Of a stretch of 64,000 bases of DNA, positions 52,819-62,330 are shown piece by piece. Both the position numbers and the translations under genes were made by a program. Position 1 is the stretch's first letter; the number at the start of each line of letters is the position of its first letter. The notes under the pieces are model-generated. The model worked only from the letters and a program-made list of their open reading frames with translations. It did not search any database and had not been told where the DNA came from. The DNA lies in contig JANOFF010000155.1 in NCBI GenBank assembly GCA_031413515.1, forward strand, positions 117 through 64,116, read 5' to 3'. This DNA comes from a bacterium (GTDB lineage: Bacteria > Myxococcota_A > UBA9160 > UBA4427).

Positions 52819-53502
52819 TCAGTTGAGCTTGCCGCGCTCGGCTTCGAGCGTGCCCGTCACACCACCCGATTCGCGCAGCCGGTCGGTCAGCAGCGCGGCG
52901 CGCGCGCGTCGTCGCTCGCGCAGGGCATCGGTGTCGCACAGGCGATCGAGCACCTCCTGTCCCCAGGCGATATGGCGCCGGGTCTTGCGGAGGATCGTCT
53001 CGAGGATCTCGATCGTGGGGGCGTCGCAGATCTGGTCGGTCTCGCGACTGGTCGTCTCGTAGACCTCGACCAGGTGCGGTTTCAGCACGTCGAAGATCCC
53101 GACGAGTTTCTCGATCGTCAGATCGGGCCGCTCGGGCTCGGCGACTGCCTGCATGAACTCGGCGAAGCCGGTGTTGGCGGCCTCCGACGCTTCGAGCGCC
53201 TTGCGGCCGCAACGCAGCTCGGGCAATCGCTTGCCGAGTTCATCCGCCGCCTGAGCGCATTCCCAGATGATCTTGCCGAGCCCGGTCTTCACCGGCACTT
53301 CCGGGATGGTGGCCACCCAGCCGCCCATGATCATCATCATCCACTCCTCCGCGTAGCGGAAGTTGCGGACGCGCCGCGCCGTCGACTCGACGTCGTAGCG
53401 GCCATGCAGCTCTCGCAGATCCGCCGGGATGTCGAAGGCCGAGTACGGTGCAAAGGTCGTGCGCTCGTCGGGGCTCATGCCCGGGTACATGCGCTCGCTC
53501 AT
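52819..53502 (-). CDS. all-helical hypothetical protein, partner of the ferritin-like protein upstream
   Basis: 227 aa. ATGA overlap with the upstream gene stop. Helical-bundle-like sequence (YAEEWMMMIMGGW, WECAQAADELGKRL) with no clear ExxH pairs. Confidence 0.6.
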   Translation of the reverse strand: MSERMYPGMSPDERTTFAPYSAFDIPADLRELHGRYDVESTARRVRNFRYAEEWMMMIMGGWVATIPEVPVKTGLGKIIWECAQAADELGKRLPELRCGRKALEASEAANTGFAEFMQAVAEPERPDLTIEKLVGIFDVLKPHLVEVYETTSRETDQICDAPTIEILETILRKTRRHIAWGQEVLDRLCDTDALRERRRARAALLTDRLRESGGVTGTLEAERGKLN

Positions 53503-54455
53503 CGTGCCACCTCCTTCTTGGCATCCCGCTTCGCGAGATGGCGCTCGCGCAGGATGCGAGCCGCCTGCTTGAGAGTCTGCTTCGACGGACCATCGCCCGA
53601 CATCTCGGCGAGCTCCTGAAGCTCCTCGTCGGTGAAGCCCGCCTCCTTGCGGTCCTCCCAGGCGATCGGGATCGCGGCGTCCTCGCGGTCCGAGCGTGCA
53701 CCCCCGAAGCTGAACTGCTTGTCGACGGCGCGGCGGAAGTCCTGGGTCCGCTTCAGATGTTCGGGGTCGCCCTTGGTGAACTCCTTCACCCAGTCGCTGC
53801 CGAAGCGCACGTGGGTGAGTTCGTCGGCGAGCACATAGTCGACCGCCTGCCGCATGACTTCATCGCCGGTCTTCTCCGCATAGCGGATCATGTCGCGGAA
53901 CACGTCGCACGCAAGCCCTTCGAGGCCGCGGTTCACGCCGGCGACACGCATCGCCGGGTCGTCGCTGCATGCCGCCTCGAAGAGGAACGTGCTCTCCGGG
54001 AACATCCCGACATGACCACCGAGGTGGACGAGCAGCTTCTCGAAGATCTGTACGTGACGCGCCTCGTCCCAGCACTGGCGCGCCATGTTCATCTTGAACT
54101 CCCACGGCGCTTCGGGGAAGTCCCAGATCGAGCGGGCCGCACCCTCGAGCGCCTGCAGTTCGCCGACGAAGATTCCGTGCATGCGCAGCAGCAGCCGCAT
54201 CGTGGGCGCACCGGCCGTCGGATCGAGGGGCTCGTTGAGGATCGTCAGCGCGAAGCCCGGGCCGTATGTGTCGAAGAGCGGCTCGGCGGAAGTGCCGCGC
54301 ACCGATTCTTCGATCATCGGCGAGAACTGCTCGAAGGCGTTGACGAGGACATCGACATCGTCGGGCATCGAGGCGAGCACCGTCGACATCCGGTTATCCT
54401 GCCGTACGAAACGGCTGTCGCGCGCCAGTTCTTCGTGTTGGATGAATCGCTTCAT
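53499..54455 (-). CDS. ferritin-like di-iron protein (DUF455-like)
   Basis: 318 aa with a complete E...ExxH...E...ExxH ligand set: GELQALEG, DEARH, GLEGLA, DELTH. Confidence 0.7.
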   Translation of the reverse strand: MKRFIQHEELARDSRFVRQDNRMSTVLASMPDDVDVLVNAFEQFSPMIEESVRGTSAEPLFDTYGPGFALTILNEPLDPTAGAPTMRLLLRMHGIFVGELQALEGAARSIWDFPEAPWEFKMNMARQCWDEARHVQIFEKLLVHLGGHVGMFPESTFLFEAACSDDPAMRVAGVNRGLEGLACDVFRDMIRYAEKTGDEVMRQAVDYVLADELTHVRFGSDWVKEFTKGDPEHLKRTQDFRRAVDKQFSFGGARSDREDAAIPIAWEDRKEAGFTDEELQELAEMSGDGPSKQTLKQAARILRERHLAKRDAKKEVAR

Positions 54456-54495
54456 GGGTTCTCCTCGTTCGGACCAGGGGTTGAGTAGGATCGGA

Positions 54496-55296
54496 TCATC
54501 GTGAGATCGGGTCGCGTATCCCGAGATACGCGAGACAGCTTCGGGTCAACTCGTGGGCGATCGCCTCATCGCTCATGCGGACCAGCGCCACGTCCCGCCG
54601 GCCCGCCGTGTAGATCTGCACCAGCACCGCGAACATCTGCACGAGCGCGAACGACACGCCGCGTTCGGGGTCGGCGTGGCCGATCTCGTCGCGGCGTTCG
54701 AGTAGCAGGCGCGACAGGCCCTCCATCACGTAGCGGGTCAACCGGTCCGAGCGCTCGCGCATCGCGGCGTCGGTGAGTCCGCGTTGGTAGACCGCGAGGT
54801 CGAGGGCCTCGCGCCCTTCGAGGACGTCGATCAGGAAGGGCACGACCGTGTCGAGGATCTCGCGGATTCCCGCCCCCACCCAGCGTTCGGAGACCAGTGC
54901 GTTGTCGGCGGTCGCGAAGGCCTCTTCGCACAGCCGCTCGTGCAACGCATGCAGGAGCGCTTCCTTGTCGTTGAAGCGGCGGTAGAACGCGGCCACCGAG
55001 GTCTCGGCGCGGTTCACGATCTCCGCGACATGGATGTCCTCGAAGCGCTTGTCGGCGAGCAGCGCCTCGGCAGCGTCGAGCAATCGCTCGAGGCTCTCCT
55101 GTGTGCGCACCTGACGGGGCGGTTTGATCCAGTGCAGGGGAGACGCGGTTCGGGGCAAGGCAACACCGGTCGTGGCCGTGGTGGAATGGGAGTTCGAGGA
55201 ACGCAAGCCGGATCGAAAGCGGAATTCGGTTCCGATTCTGATCGGAATGGGGCAATCTGTCAACGTGGTGGATCGCTCGCCGCGGCCCCGTCGCAT
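54496..55296 (-). CDS. TetR/AcrR family transcriptional regulator
   Basis: HTH block FEDIHVAEIVNRAETSVAAFYRRFNDKEALL. The ATG at 55296 leaves a long N-terminal tail; a TTG at 55158 is a shorter alternative. Confidence 0.8.
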   Translation of the reverse strand: MRRGRGERSTTLTDCPIPIRIGTEFRFRSGLRSSNSHSTTATTGVALPRTASPLHWIKPPRQVRTQESLERLLDAAEALLADKRFEDIHVAEIVNRAETSVAAFYRRFNDKEALLHALHERLCEEAFATADNALVSERWVGAGIREILDTVVPFLIDVLEGREALDLAVYQRGLTDAAMRERSDRLTRYVMEGLSRLLLERRDEIGHADPERGVSFALVQMFAVLVQIYTAGRRDVALVRMSDEAIAHELTRSCLAYLGIRDPISR

Positions 55297-55411
55297 TCTC
55301 GTGGGCTAAGGTCGCTTCGCAGCTCTGGGGCCCGCGCGAGCATCGACCCACAGTCCGGGTAGCGGTGATGATTTTTCGACCCTCCCCCCCCGCTTCCGAA
55401 AGGAGCCCCGC

Positions 55412-56500
55412 ATGAACCCGCCGAATCCGACCGGCCAGCGCGTCGACTTCAGCTTCCAGGACCTGCTCGAGGACGGCGCCTACACGGAGCCCCTGGTCGC
55501 CAACGGCGTTCGCTGCCACGGTGGATTCAGCGAGGCGGGCCAGTACCGCTCGCCGCGCACCATCCATCGGCTTCCGGCCATCCAGGCCTGGCAGGCCGGG
55601 GTGGGGGCGAGCGGCGGCTCGCTGATCGAGATCTCGAAAGACCTGATGCCGCCCCAGTATCCGAGCGTCGATCAGGCGGTGCTGCTCTGCCGCCACGGCG
55701 TTCGCGAACCGATCGTCCGCGCGCTGACGATCATCTCGGTGGTCGAGGGCTTCGGCGCGATCATCCGCGACGTGAAGATCCCGAAGCTCGCTGATCTGAT
55801 CGTCGAGCCGATCGCCGGCACCGCACTCGCGCATCTCGGCTCGGGGCTCTTCGAGGCGCACGCGCGAGACGAAGCGGGCTGGGGCGATCAGGGTGGCCAC
55901 AAGCAGATGTGGGAAGCCGCGCGCGACCTCGCCTTCGAGAATCCGAAGATCCCCGCCGATGTGTTGATGCGCATCATGGGCGGCGGAGGACGACGCGCGC
56001 GCAAGCGCGAGCGGCTCTTCCCTCGAATCGACGAGACCCTCGAGTCGATGATCACCATGATGTCGAACGTGCTGATCGTCGAAATCTTCGCCGAGGAAGT
56101 CTTCGCCTGGGGGAAGGCGGTGCTCGCCGATCCCGAGATCTCGGCCGAACCCGAACGCGCCTCGGCGATGGTCGGCTACATCCAGAGTGACGAGAACCCG
56201 CACGTCGAGTACCTGCGCGTCGCACTCTCCGAGATCGCGAACCAGACGGTGCGGACCGTCGACGGCAAGACGCTGCCCGGGCGGGAGCTGATCCACTGTG
56301 CGCTGCACACGATGCTTTCGCAGATGATCCGGCAGCGGCCCGCCGACCAGCGCGAACAGGCGCGCGAGAGCATGGCCGAGTCGCTCCAGCACGCCGTGAA
56401 TCCGACGGCGCTGCAGGAAGAGTTCGAATCACTCGAAGTGGAGTGGACACCGCCGAAACAGACGGGCTTCGAGCCGGTGGCGGCGGGCGAGGCCCGGTGA
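55412..56500 (+). CDS. hypothetical helical protein, possible ferritin-like/di-iron oxygenase
   Basis: 362 aa with AAGGAG 7 nt before the ATG. Candidate ligand helices VVEGFG, FEAHARDE, VEIFAEE, DENPHVEY (only the last is a canonical ExxH). Confidence 0.6.
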   Translation: MNPPNPTGQRVDFSFQDLLEDGAYTEPLVANGVRCHGGFSEAGQYRSPRTIHRLPAIQAWQAGVGASGGSLIEISKDLMPPQYPSVDQAVLLCRHGVREPIVRALTIISVVEGFGAIIRDVKIPKLADLIVEPIAGTALAHLGSGLFEAHARDEAGWGDQGGHKQMWEAARDLAFENPKIPADVLMRIMGGGGRRARKRERLFPRIDETLESMITMMSNVLIVEIFAEEVFAWGKAVLADPEISAEPERASAMVGYIQSDENPHVEYLRVALSEIANQTVRTVDGKTLPGRELIHCALHTMLSQMIRQRPADQREQARESMAESLQHAVNPTALQEEFESLEVEWTPPKQTGFEPVAAGEAR

Positions 56501-57762
56501 ATCCCACCGCGCGCGTCTGGCGGACCTGGCGCGTGGCGCGCACCGGCGTCTACATCTGGGCGATCTACAAGATCCCGGCCTGGACGCGGCGGCTGCTCGG
56601 CCGCCCGACCCCGGATCTCGATCCCACCCACGAGCGGGCCGCCCGTGCGGTGCTCGCCTGCGCGCTCGACATGCGCGGCGTGATCATCAAGGTCTGTCAG
56701 GCGGTGGCGACGCGAGCGGACGTCTTCCCGAAACCCTTCGTCGATATCTTGAAGCAGTGTCACGATGCGGTGCCGCCGCGCGAATTCCCGGTGGTGAGGG
56801 CCGTGATCGAGGAACAGCTCGGCAAGCCGCTCGACGCAGTATTCAGCGAATTCGACGAGCGTGCCCTGGCGTCGGCGTCACTCGCGCAGGTTCATCGGGC
56901 GCGGCTGCACGACGGCCGCGAGGTGGCGGTGAAGGTCCAGTACCCGGGCCTCGACGATCTGGTCGACTCGGATCTTGCGAACGTGCGCCGCGCCTGCCGG
57001 GTCTATGAATACTTCGACCCGCAGCCGATCGAGATGCTGCCGCTGCTGACCGAGATCACCACCCATCTCGCGATGGAACTCGACTTCTGCCGCGAGGCCG
57101 ACAACGCGGACCGTGTGCGCGCCATCTTCCCGCCTGGTCATGGTGTCGTCGTGCCCGAGGTCTACCGCGACTGGTCGAGCAAGAAGGTGCTGACCATGCA
57201 GTTGGTGAGCGGCATGAAGATCACCGACAAGGACGCGCTCGAAGCCGCGGGCCTCGACCTCGAACTCGTCGTGCAGGACCTGATGCAGATCTTCGTGCGC
57301 ATGATCTTCGCCGCCGGGTTCTTCCAGGCCGACCCGCATCCCGGAAACCTGATGGTCCAGGCGAATCGCGACATCGTGGTGCTCGACTACGGACTCTCGA
57401 AGGAACTGCCCGAGGGCTTCGGGATGGGGCTCTTCGAACTGCTGTTCTCGATGATGACCGTCAACGAGTCCGCGATGGTGCGCGCATTCACGGAACTCGG
57501 TTTCCGCACCGCTGATGGCGATACCAGCGTGTTGCTGAAGATCGCGCGCCGCATGATCGGCCGCAGCGACACGGGCAAGTTCGAGGGCGAGTTCACCGAG
57601 GAGATGACCGACGAACTCTTCGAGGCGATCCGCGAAACCCCGTTGGTCGACGTGCCGACCGACTTCGTGCTGGTGGGGCGCGTGTTCTCGTTCCTCTCGG
57701 GCATCGCACACACCCTCGGCCACCGCGCGAACGTGCTGGCCGCGATGGGGGCGAGCTCCTAG
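56497..57762 (+). CDS. ABC1/UbiB (AarF) family atypical kinase
   Basis: GTG 56497 overlaps the previous stop (GTGA). SASLAQVHRARL..GREVAVKVQYPG and DPHPGNL blocks. Confidence 0.85.
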   Translation: MNPTARVWRTWRVARTGVYIWAIYKIPAWTRRLLGRPTPDLDPTHERAARAVLACALDMRGVIIKVCQAVATRADVFPKPFVDILKQCHDAVPPREFPVVRAVIEEQLGKPLDAVFSEFDERALASASLAQVHRARLHDGREVAVKVQYPGLDDLVDSDLANVRRACRVYEYFDPQPIEMLPLLTEITTHLAMELDFCREADNADRVRAIFPPGHGVVVPEVYRDWSSKKVLTMQLVSGMKITDKDALEAAGLDLELVVQDLMQIFVRMIFAAGFFQADPHPGNLMVQANRDIVVLDYGLSKELPEGFGMGLFELLFSMMTVNESAMVRAFTELGFRTADGDTSVLLKIARRMIGRSDTGKFEGEFTEEMTDELFEAIRETPLVDVPTDFVLVGRVFSFLSGIAHTLGHRANVLAAMGASS

Positions 57763-58202
57763 GAGCGGCGTCGCAGTCGCCGCCTCCGGACCCCGATCAC
57801 ACCCCGTTGCACGACGAACGAAAGCACCGCCGCGCCTGCGCCGGTCGCGATCGCCTCGAGGAAGAACGGCCCGAATCCTCCAGGGTGCACGAGATAGTCG
57901 ACGCCGGTCGTCACGAGACCGAGCAGCGTCGAGATCACCCACGGCCGTTCGACCCGCGCGACCAGGATCGCGACGGACGTGGTGGCTCCCGCCGCGAACC
58001 CCGTCTGCGATGCGATGACCCAATGAGCGAGCGTCAGCGCGAGCAGATTGCCCTGCAGCATCGTGATCAGGCAAGCGGTCGTCGCTTCGGCGATGTTCTC
58101 GACGAAGGGCTGGACGCGCTCGCTCAATCCCTCGGCGGGTCCGTCTCGCATGGCCCCGGCCCTCCCTCCAGATCGAGCAGTGTCGCTGCAGGTCGTCTCC
58201 AT
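57759..58202 (-). CDS. membrane protein, unknown function
   Basis: 147 aa with 3-4 TM helices. Start may be the internal Met (58151). Confidence 0.5.
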   Translation of the reverse strand: METTCSDTARSGGRAGAMRDGPAEGLSERVQPFVENIAEATTACLITMLQGNLLALTLAHWVIASQTGFAAGATTSVAILVARVERPWVISTLLGLVTTGVDYLVHPGGFGPFFLEAIATGAGAAVLSFVVQRGVIGVRRRRLRRRS

Positions 58203-58319
58203 GGTCCGACCGGCGATACGGCGGTCGCAGGGCGCGGGTTACTGCTTCTCACGCCCGGCATCGAACAGCCGGGTATGCTCCCGACTTTCGCGCCCAGAAC
58301 CCCTCAGGAGGAACGACCA

Positions 58320-58697
58320 ATGCTCGCCTACGCGACGATCGGCACGAACGACATGGACCGCGCGACCGCCTTCTACGACACGCTGCTCGCCGAGATCGGC
58401 GCCAAGCGGCTCTTCGGTATGGACCGCATCAAGTTCTATGGCACGTCCACGAGCGAAGCGATGTTCGCGCTCTGCATTCCCTATGACGAAGAGACGCATG
58501 TGGCCGGGAATGGACAGATGCTCGCGATCTCCGGCGGCTCGAAGGAGGGTGTGCAGAAGCTCTACAAGAAGGCGCTCGAACTCGGCGCCAGCGACGAAGG
58601 TGCACCGGGCGACCGCATCCCGAACGTCTTCTATGGCGCGTACGTACGCGACCTCGACGGCAACAAGCTCTGCTTCATGGAGATGAAGATGGGGTGA
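58320..58697 (+). CDS. VOC/glyoxalase family protein
   Basis: ATG 58320 with AGGAGG 9 nt upstream. 125 aa, C-terminal YVRDLDGNKLCF block. Confidence 0.8.
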   Translation: MLAYATIGTNDMDRATAFYDTLLAEIGAKRLFGMDRIKFYGTSTSEAMFALCIPYDEETHVAGNGQMLAISGGSKEGVQKLYKKALELGASDEGAPGDRIPNVFYGAYVRDLDGNKLCFMEMKMG

Positions 58698-58710
58698 GTG
58701 GGGCGGGAAT

Positions 58711-58732
58711 CTGAGCGGGTGCGCCCGCTCAG
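58711..58732 (+). terminator. strong GC hairpin after the VOC gene (putative intrinsic terminator)
   Basis: CTGAGCGGG-TGCG-CCCGCTCAG, a perfect 9-bp stem 14 nt after the stop. Flanked by GGGG / CCCC. Only a weak T-run follows. Confidence 0.45.
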
Positions 58733-58932
58733 GCCCCCCACCTTCTCCGTCCCCGTGCGGCACCGAAGACTCGTGCATGACGCCGAACCGCGTCGGGCTC
58801 TCGCCGCGACGAGACGCGCGATGTCAGCATCGCACGACGAGCGGATTTCGTGCCGCGTAAGGAGGAAGCGAAGCGGACGTGACCAGCGCGAAGCGCAGGA
58901 AGCCGAGCCAGAGCGGTCGTGTCGGCAAGTCG

Positions 58933-59562
58933 ATGCGATCCCACGCGGAGAAGGTCGCCGACGGCGTCGCGCGATGTGGCTGGCCCGGTCATCAGGTCGA
59001 CTACTGCGCGTATCACGATCACGAATGGGGACGACCCGTCGCCGACGATCACCGCTTGTTCGAGAAGATCTGTCTCGAGGGGTTCCAGTCGGGTCTCAGC
59101 TGGCTGACGATCCTGCGCAAGCGCGAGAATTTCCGCCGGGCGTTCAGCGATTTCGACTACGAGCGGGTCGCGCGCTTCAACGAGAGGAGCGTTGCGCGGC
59201 TCCTTGGCGATGCCGGGATCGTGCGTCACCGCGGCAAGATCGAATCGGCGATCGGCAATGCGAAGCGCGCCTGCGCGCTGGTCGACGAGTTCGGTTCGCT
59301 CGGGGCGTATTTCTGGCGCTTCGAACCGGATCCGGCGTCACGCCCGCAGCAGATCACGCCGGCCGCGTTGCGGGAGCTCACCGAATCTCCCGAGTCGCTC
59401 GCCCTCAGCCGGGATCTGCGCAAGCGCGGCTGGTCGTTCGTCGGCCCGACGACCCTCTATGCCTTCATGCAGGCGATGGGAATGGTGAACGATCACGTCG
59501 AGGGCTGTGCGTTCCGGACACCCGTCGAGGTGGAGCGACGCCGATTCCGGCGTCCCGCCTAG
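58933..59562 (+). CDS. tag: DNA-3-methyladenine glycosylase I
   Basis: RCGWPG...YHDHEWGRP...FEKICLEGFQSGLSWLTILRKRENFR signature. ATG 58933 preferred over GTG 58879. Confidence 0.85.
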   Translation: MRSHAEKVADGVARCGWPGHQVDYCAYHDHEWGRPVADDHRLFEKICLEGFQSGLSWLTILRKRENFRRAFSDFDYERVARFNERSVARLLGDAGIVRHRGKIESAIGNAKRACALVDEFGSLGAYFWRFEPDPASRPQQITPAALRELTESPESLALSRDLRKRGWSFVGPTTLYAFMQAMGMVNDHVEGCAFRTPVEVERRRFRRPA

Positions 59563-61244
59563 GCCCGCCCGCCGCGCAGCAGTCGACCGGGCAACGGCGC
59601 GTCGGAATCGAATCGATCGCGTCCGTCTTCACGCAACACTTCGCCATTGACGATCACGGCCCGGATCCCCAACGCGTCGGCGATCAGCCGATCGGCGCCT
59701 GCGGGCAGATCGCGCACGCGCTTCAGCGGTCCGCAGGTGACGGTGTCCGGATCGAAGATCGCCACGTCGGCGGCCAGTCCGACTTCGAGTCGACCGCGAT
59801 CCGTGATGCCGAAGATGTCTGCCGAGCGTGACGTCAGCAGCCGCACGGCCTGCTCGATGGACAGCGCCTGCTTGTCGCGCACCCAGTGCCCGAGCAGATG
59901 GGTGGCGAAGCCGGCGTCGCAGAGCTGCGATGCATGCGCGCCCGCGTCCGACAGCCCGAGCATGACGGCCGGATGCTGGAGCAGCTCGGCGACGGTGCTC
60001 TCGGTCGTGTTCATGATCGCGACCCGGAAACGGGTACGGAGACCAGAAGCCAGCGCGAGATCGAGGGCGAGATCCACCGGATGCACGCCGCGCTCGTCCG
60101 CGACGCTGCGAACCGACCGCTCTTCGAGGCTCGGATCGGGCGCGTGCTCGGAGATCACCGTGCGTTCCCAGTTGCCGGACAGCAGGGTCCTCTGTCCGGG
60201 CTCGCGGAGCTTCTCGCGAAACGCGGGGTCGGCGTAGATCCGCTGCTTGGCCGCGTGATCTGCGCGCAGCACCGACTCGAAGAGCGGGAGGCTGTCCCAC
60301 GGAAACGGTGCCGAGAACTGATACTCCATCTGCAGGGCGCGGCACGACACTTGCGGCACGACCAGGCGTCCCTCGGCCTGGAACCGGGTGTGGGTCTCGA
60401 GCACACCGCGGTGACCGTCCGGGCCGAACGCGTCGGCGAGCAGTGCGGTCCAGGTGATCGGACGACCGATCTCGCCCTGGATCGCCGCGAGTTCGTTGAA
60501 GAAGAGTCCCGGCCCGATCGCCGACTGCAGCGTGCCACGTCCACGCTCGCCGAGCGCAGCACACAGGGCCCGCGTCTCGTCGAGCGCCGCGAGCCGGCTC
60601 GGAACCGGCCGCCCCCCGTATCCCATGTGGGTCGGCGCCATCGAGGTCGCGAACCCGACCGCCCCGGCATCGATCGCGGCGCCGACGATCGCCTTCATGC
60701 GGGCGATCTCGTCGCTGCTCGCCGCGCGCTCGGTCGACTCCTCGCCCATCACGTACATCCGCACCGGCGTGTGACCCACCATGGCGGCCACGTTGATCGC
60801 GCTGCCGCGGGCCTCGATCGCGTCGAGGTACTCGGGAAAGGATTCGAACGGCCAGTCACCGTCGCCGAGGCCGGTCCGGAGGGCCTCGAGCGACATGCCC
60901 TCGACGTTCTCGAGGGTCCGCATGATCAGCTCTCGGTGTTCGGCACGGGTCGGAGCGACACCGAACCCGCAGTTTCCCATCACGACCGACGTGACGCCGT
61001 GCCAAGGCGAGACAGTGAGATTCCGGTCCCACAGGATCTGCGCGTCGTAGTGGGTGTGGACGTCGACGAAGCCGGGTGCGACGACATGTCCGTCGGCCTC
61101 GAGCACGCGCCGGGCGCTTCCGCCGACGTCGCCCATCGCCACGATGCGGCCATCGCGGATCGCGAGATCTCCGTACTCGGCCGGTGCGCCGGTTCCGTCG
61201 ACGAGCAGGCCGCCGCGGATCAACAGGTCGAAGGCATCGGGCAT
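59559..61244 (-). CDS. N-acyl-D-amino-acid deacylase (D-aminoacylase) family amidohydrolase
   Basis: 561 aa. DLLIRGGLLVDGTG, GFVDVHTHYD and MGNCGFG blocks. Confidence 0.85.
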   Translation of the reverse strand: MPDAFDLLIRGGLLVDGTGAPAEYGDLAIRDGRIVAMGDVGGSARRVLEADGHVVAPGFVDVHTHYDAQILWDRNLTVSPWHGVTSVVMGNCGFGVAPTRAEHRELIMRTLENVEGMSLEALRTGLGDGDWPFESFPEYLDAIEARGSAINVAAMVGHTPVRMYVMGEESTERAASSDEIARMKAIVGAAIDAGAVGFATSMAPTHMGYGGRPVPSRLAALDETRALCAALGERGRGTLQSAIGPGLFFNELAAIQGEIGRPITWTALLADAFGPDGHRGVLETHTRFQAEGRLVVPQVSCRALQMEYQFSAPFPWDSLPLFESVLRADHAAKQRIYADPAFREKLREPGQRTLLSGNWERTVISEHAPDPSLEERSVRSVADERGVHPVDLALDLALASGLRTRFRVAIMNTTESTVAELLQHPAVMLGLSDAGAHASQLCDAGFATHLLGHWVRDKQALSIEQAVRLLTSRSADIFGITDRGRLEVGLAADVAIFDPDTVTCGPLKRVRDLPAGADRLIADALGIRAVIVNGEVLREDGRDRFDSDAPLPGRLLRGGRA

Positions 61245-61337
61245 GGTCTCATCCTCCTGGTTTCATGCGGTGATCTGCGCTGGGCTGATCCCGACCTTCG
61301 GCGAGCGATCGGTTGCCCGAGCGGCCGAGGTCGCCCC

Positions 61338-61778
61338 TCAGTCGCCTGCAAGATTCCGGTAGTCGACCGTACGCCAGCGCTCGGGTCGCATCGTGAACAC
61401 CACGCTCGCGTCGCCGCCGCTCTGCGAGTCGGTGTACTCGTCGCCGAGTTCCCGGCCGAAGTAGCGGTGGGCCATCCTGCGGCTGTCCTTCTCTTTGTCG
61501 GCCGGCCGCATCGCGATGATCGGGCCCTCGACGCTCACATAGCGGTACAAGGGGGGCTCCTCACTCTGCGCGCAGAGAGTGAAGCGACCGGCGGCGCGCA
61601 GCGCGCGTCCCTTCTCTGAGTTCTCGCCGGTGATCACCCAGACGCCGATGGCCGGGTCGTAGTCGTACCAGATCGGGACGGCGAGCGGCGCCCCACCGGC
61701 GCGCTCGATCCCGATCACGCCGACGTGCAGATCGGCGAGGAATGCTTCTCGTGCGGCGTCGTCCATCTTGAGGGCCAT
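61338..61778 (-). CDS. pyridoxamine 5'-phosphate oxidase-like (FMN/F420-binding split-barrel) protein
   Basis: 146 aa. AFLADLHVGVIGIERAGGAPLAVPIWY is typical of the PPOX-class family. Confidence 0.75.
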   Translation of the reverse strand: MALKMDDAAREAFLADLHVGVIGIERAGGAPLAVPIWYDYDPAIGVWVITGENSEKGRALRAAGRFTLCAQSEEPPLYRYVSVEGPIIAMRPADKEKDSRRMAHRYFGRELGDEYTDSQSGGDASVVFTMRPERWRTVDYRNLAGD

Positions 61779-61816
61779 GCAGACTCCTTGCTCTTCAGTG
61801 GTTGGCGAAAGTCGAC

Positions 61817-62224
61817 TCAGCGCGCGGGCGCCGTTCCATCGAGTCGGTAGATGATCCGACTCGGGTCCATGCCCGTGGTCTCAGCGGGATCTTCGACCCG
61901 CACCGCCGTCGCCGCGTAGATTTTGCCGTCGAAGCGCACGCGCACATGCGGATCCTCACGGATGAAGGCGAGCCAGCGACGTCCTTCCGCGGGATCGATG
62001 TAGAGCCTGCCGTCCCGAACCGTGTAGTTGAGCTCGACCGAGTACGGATCGCTCGGCCGGACCTCGAGGTCGACGAATCGATCCTGCGCGAACGACCAGT
62101 CGGTGACGGGCGTCTCCACGACATCTCCGCGCAGCGCGCCGCCCGGAATCATCGCGAGCGGGCCGCCGCAGGCGAGCAAGGCGGACGCAAGGGCGAACAG
62201 GGCGGGCATGGGATGGGGGCGCAT
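61817..62224 (-). CDS. lipoprotein, unknown function
   Basis: 135 aa with lipobox ALLAC. Confidence 0.6.
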   Translation of the reverse strand: MRPHPMPALFALASALLACGGPLAMIPGGALRGDVVETPVTDWSFAQDRFVDLEVRPSDPYSVELNYTVRDGRLYIDPAEGRRWLAFIREDPHVRVRFDGKIYAATAVRVEDPAETTGMDPSRIIYRLDGTAPAR

Positions 62225-62330
62225 CGGGTCTCCTCATCGCTCCGGCACCGGCCGCGATCGATCAGGGTAGACGAAGCGCCGCCCGATCTGCGACGATGCG
62301 CGAGCCGGCTCCCGGCCGAGGAGGTGACCG

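Noticed and set aside
54566-56392. 608-aa minus-strand ORF, and the similar 609-aa plus-strand ORF at 61802..63631
   Set aside because: Both overlap several motif-supported genes on the opposite strand or frame (TetR and the di-iron-like protein; the lipoprotein, TauD and the OB-fold protein). Both are Arg/Pro/Gly-rich run-ons.
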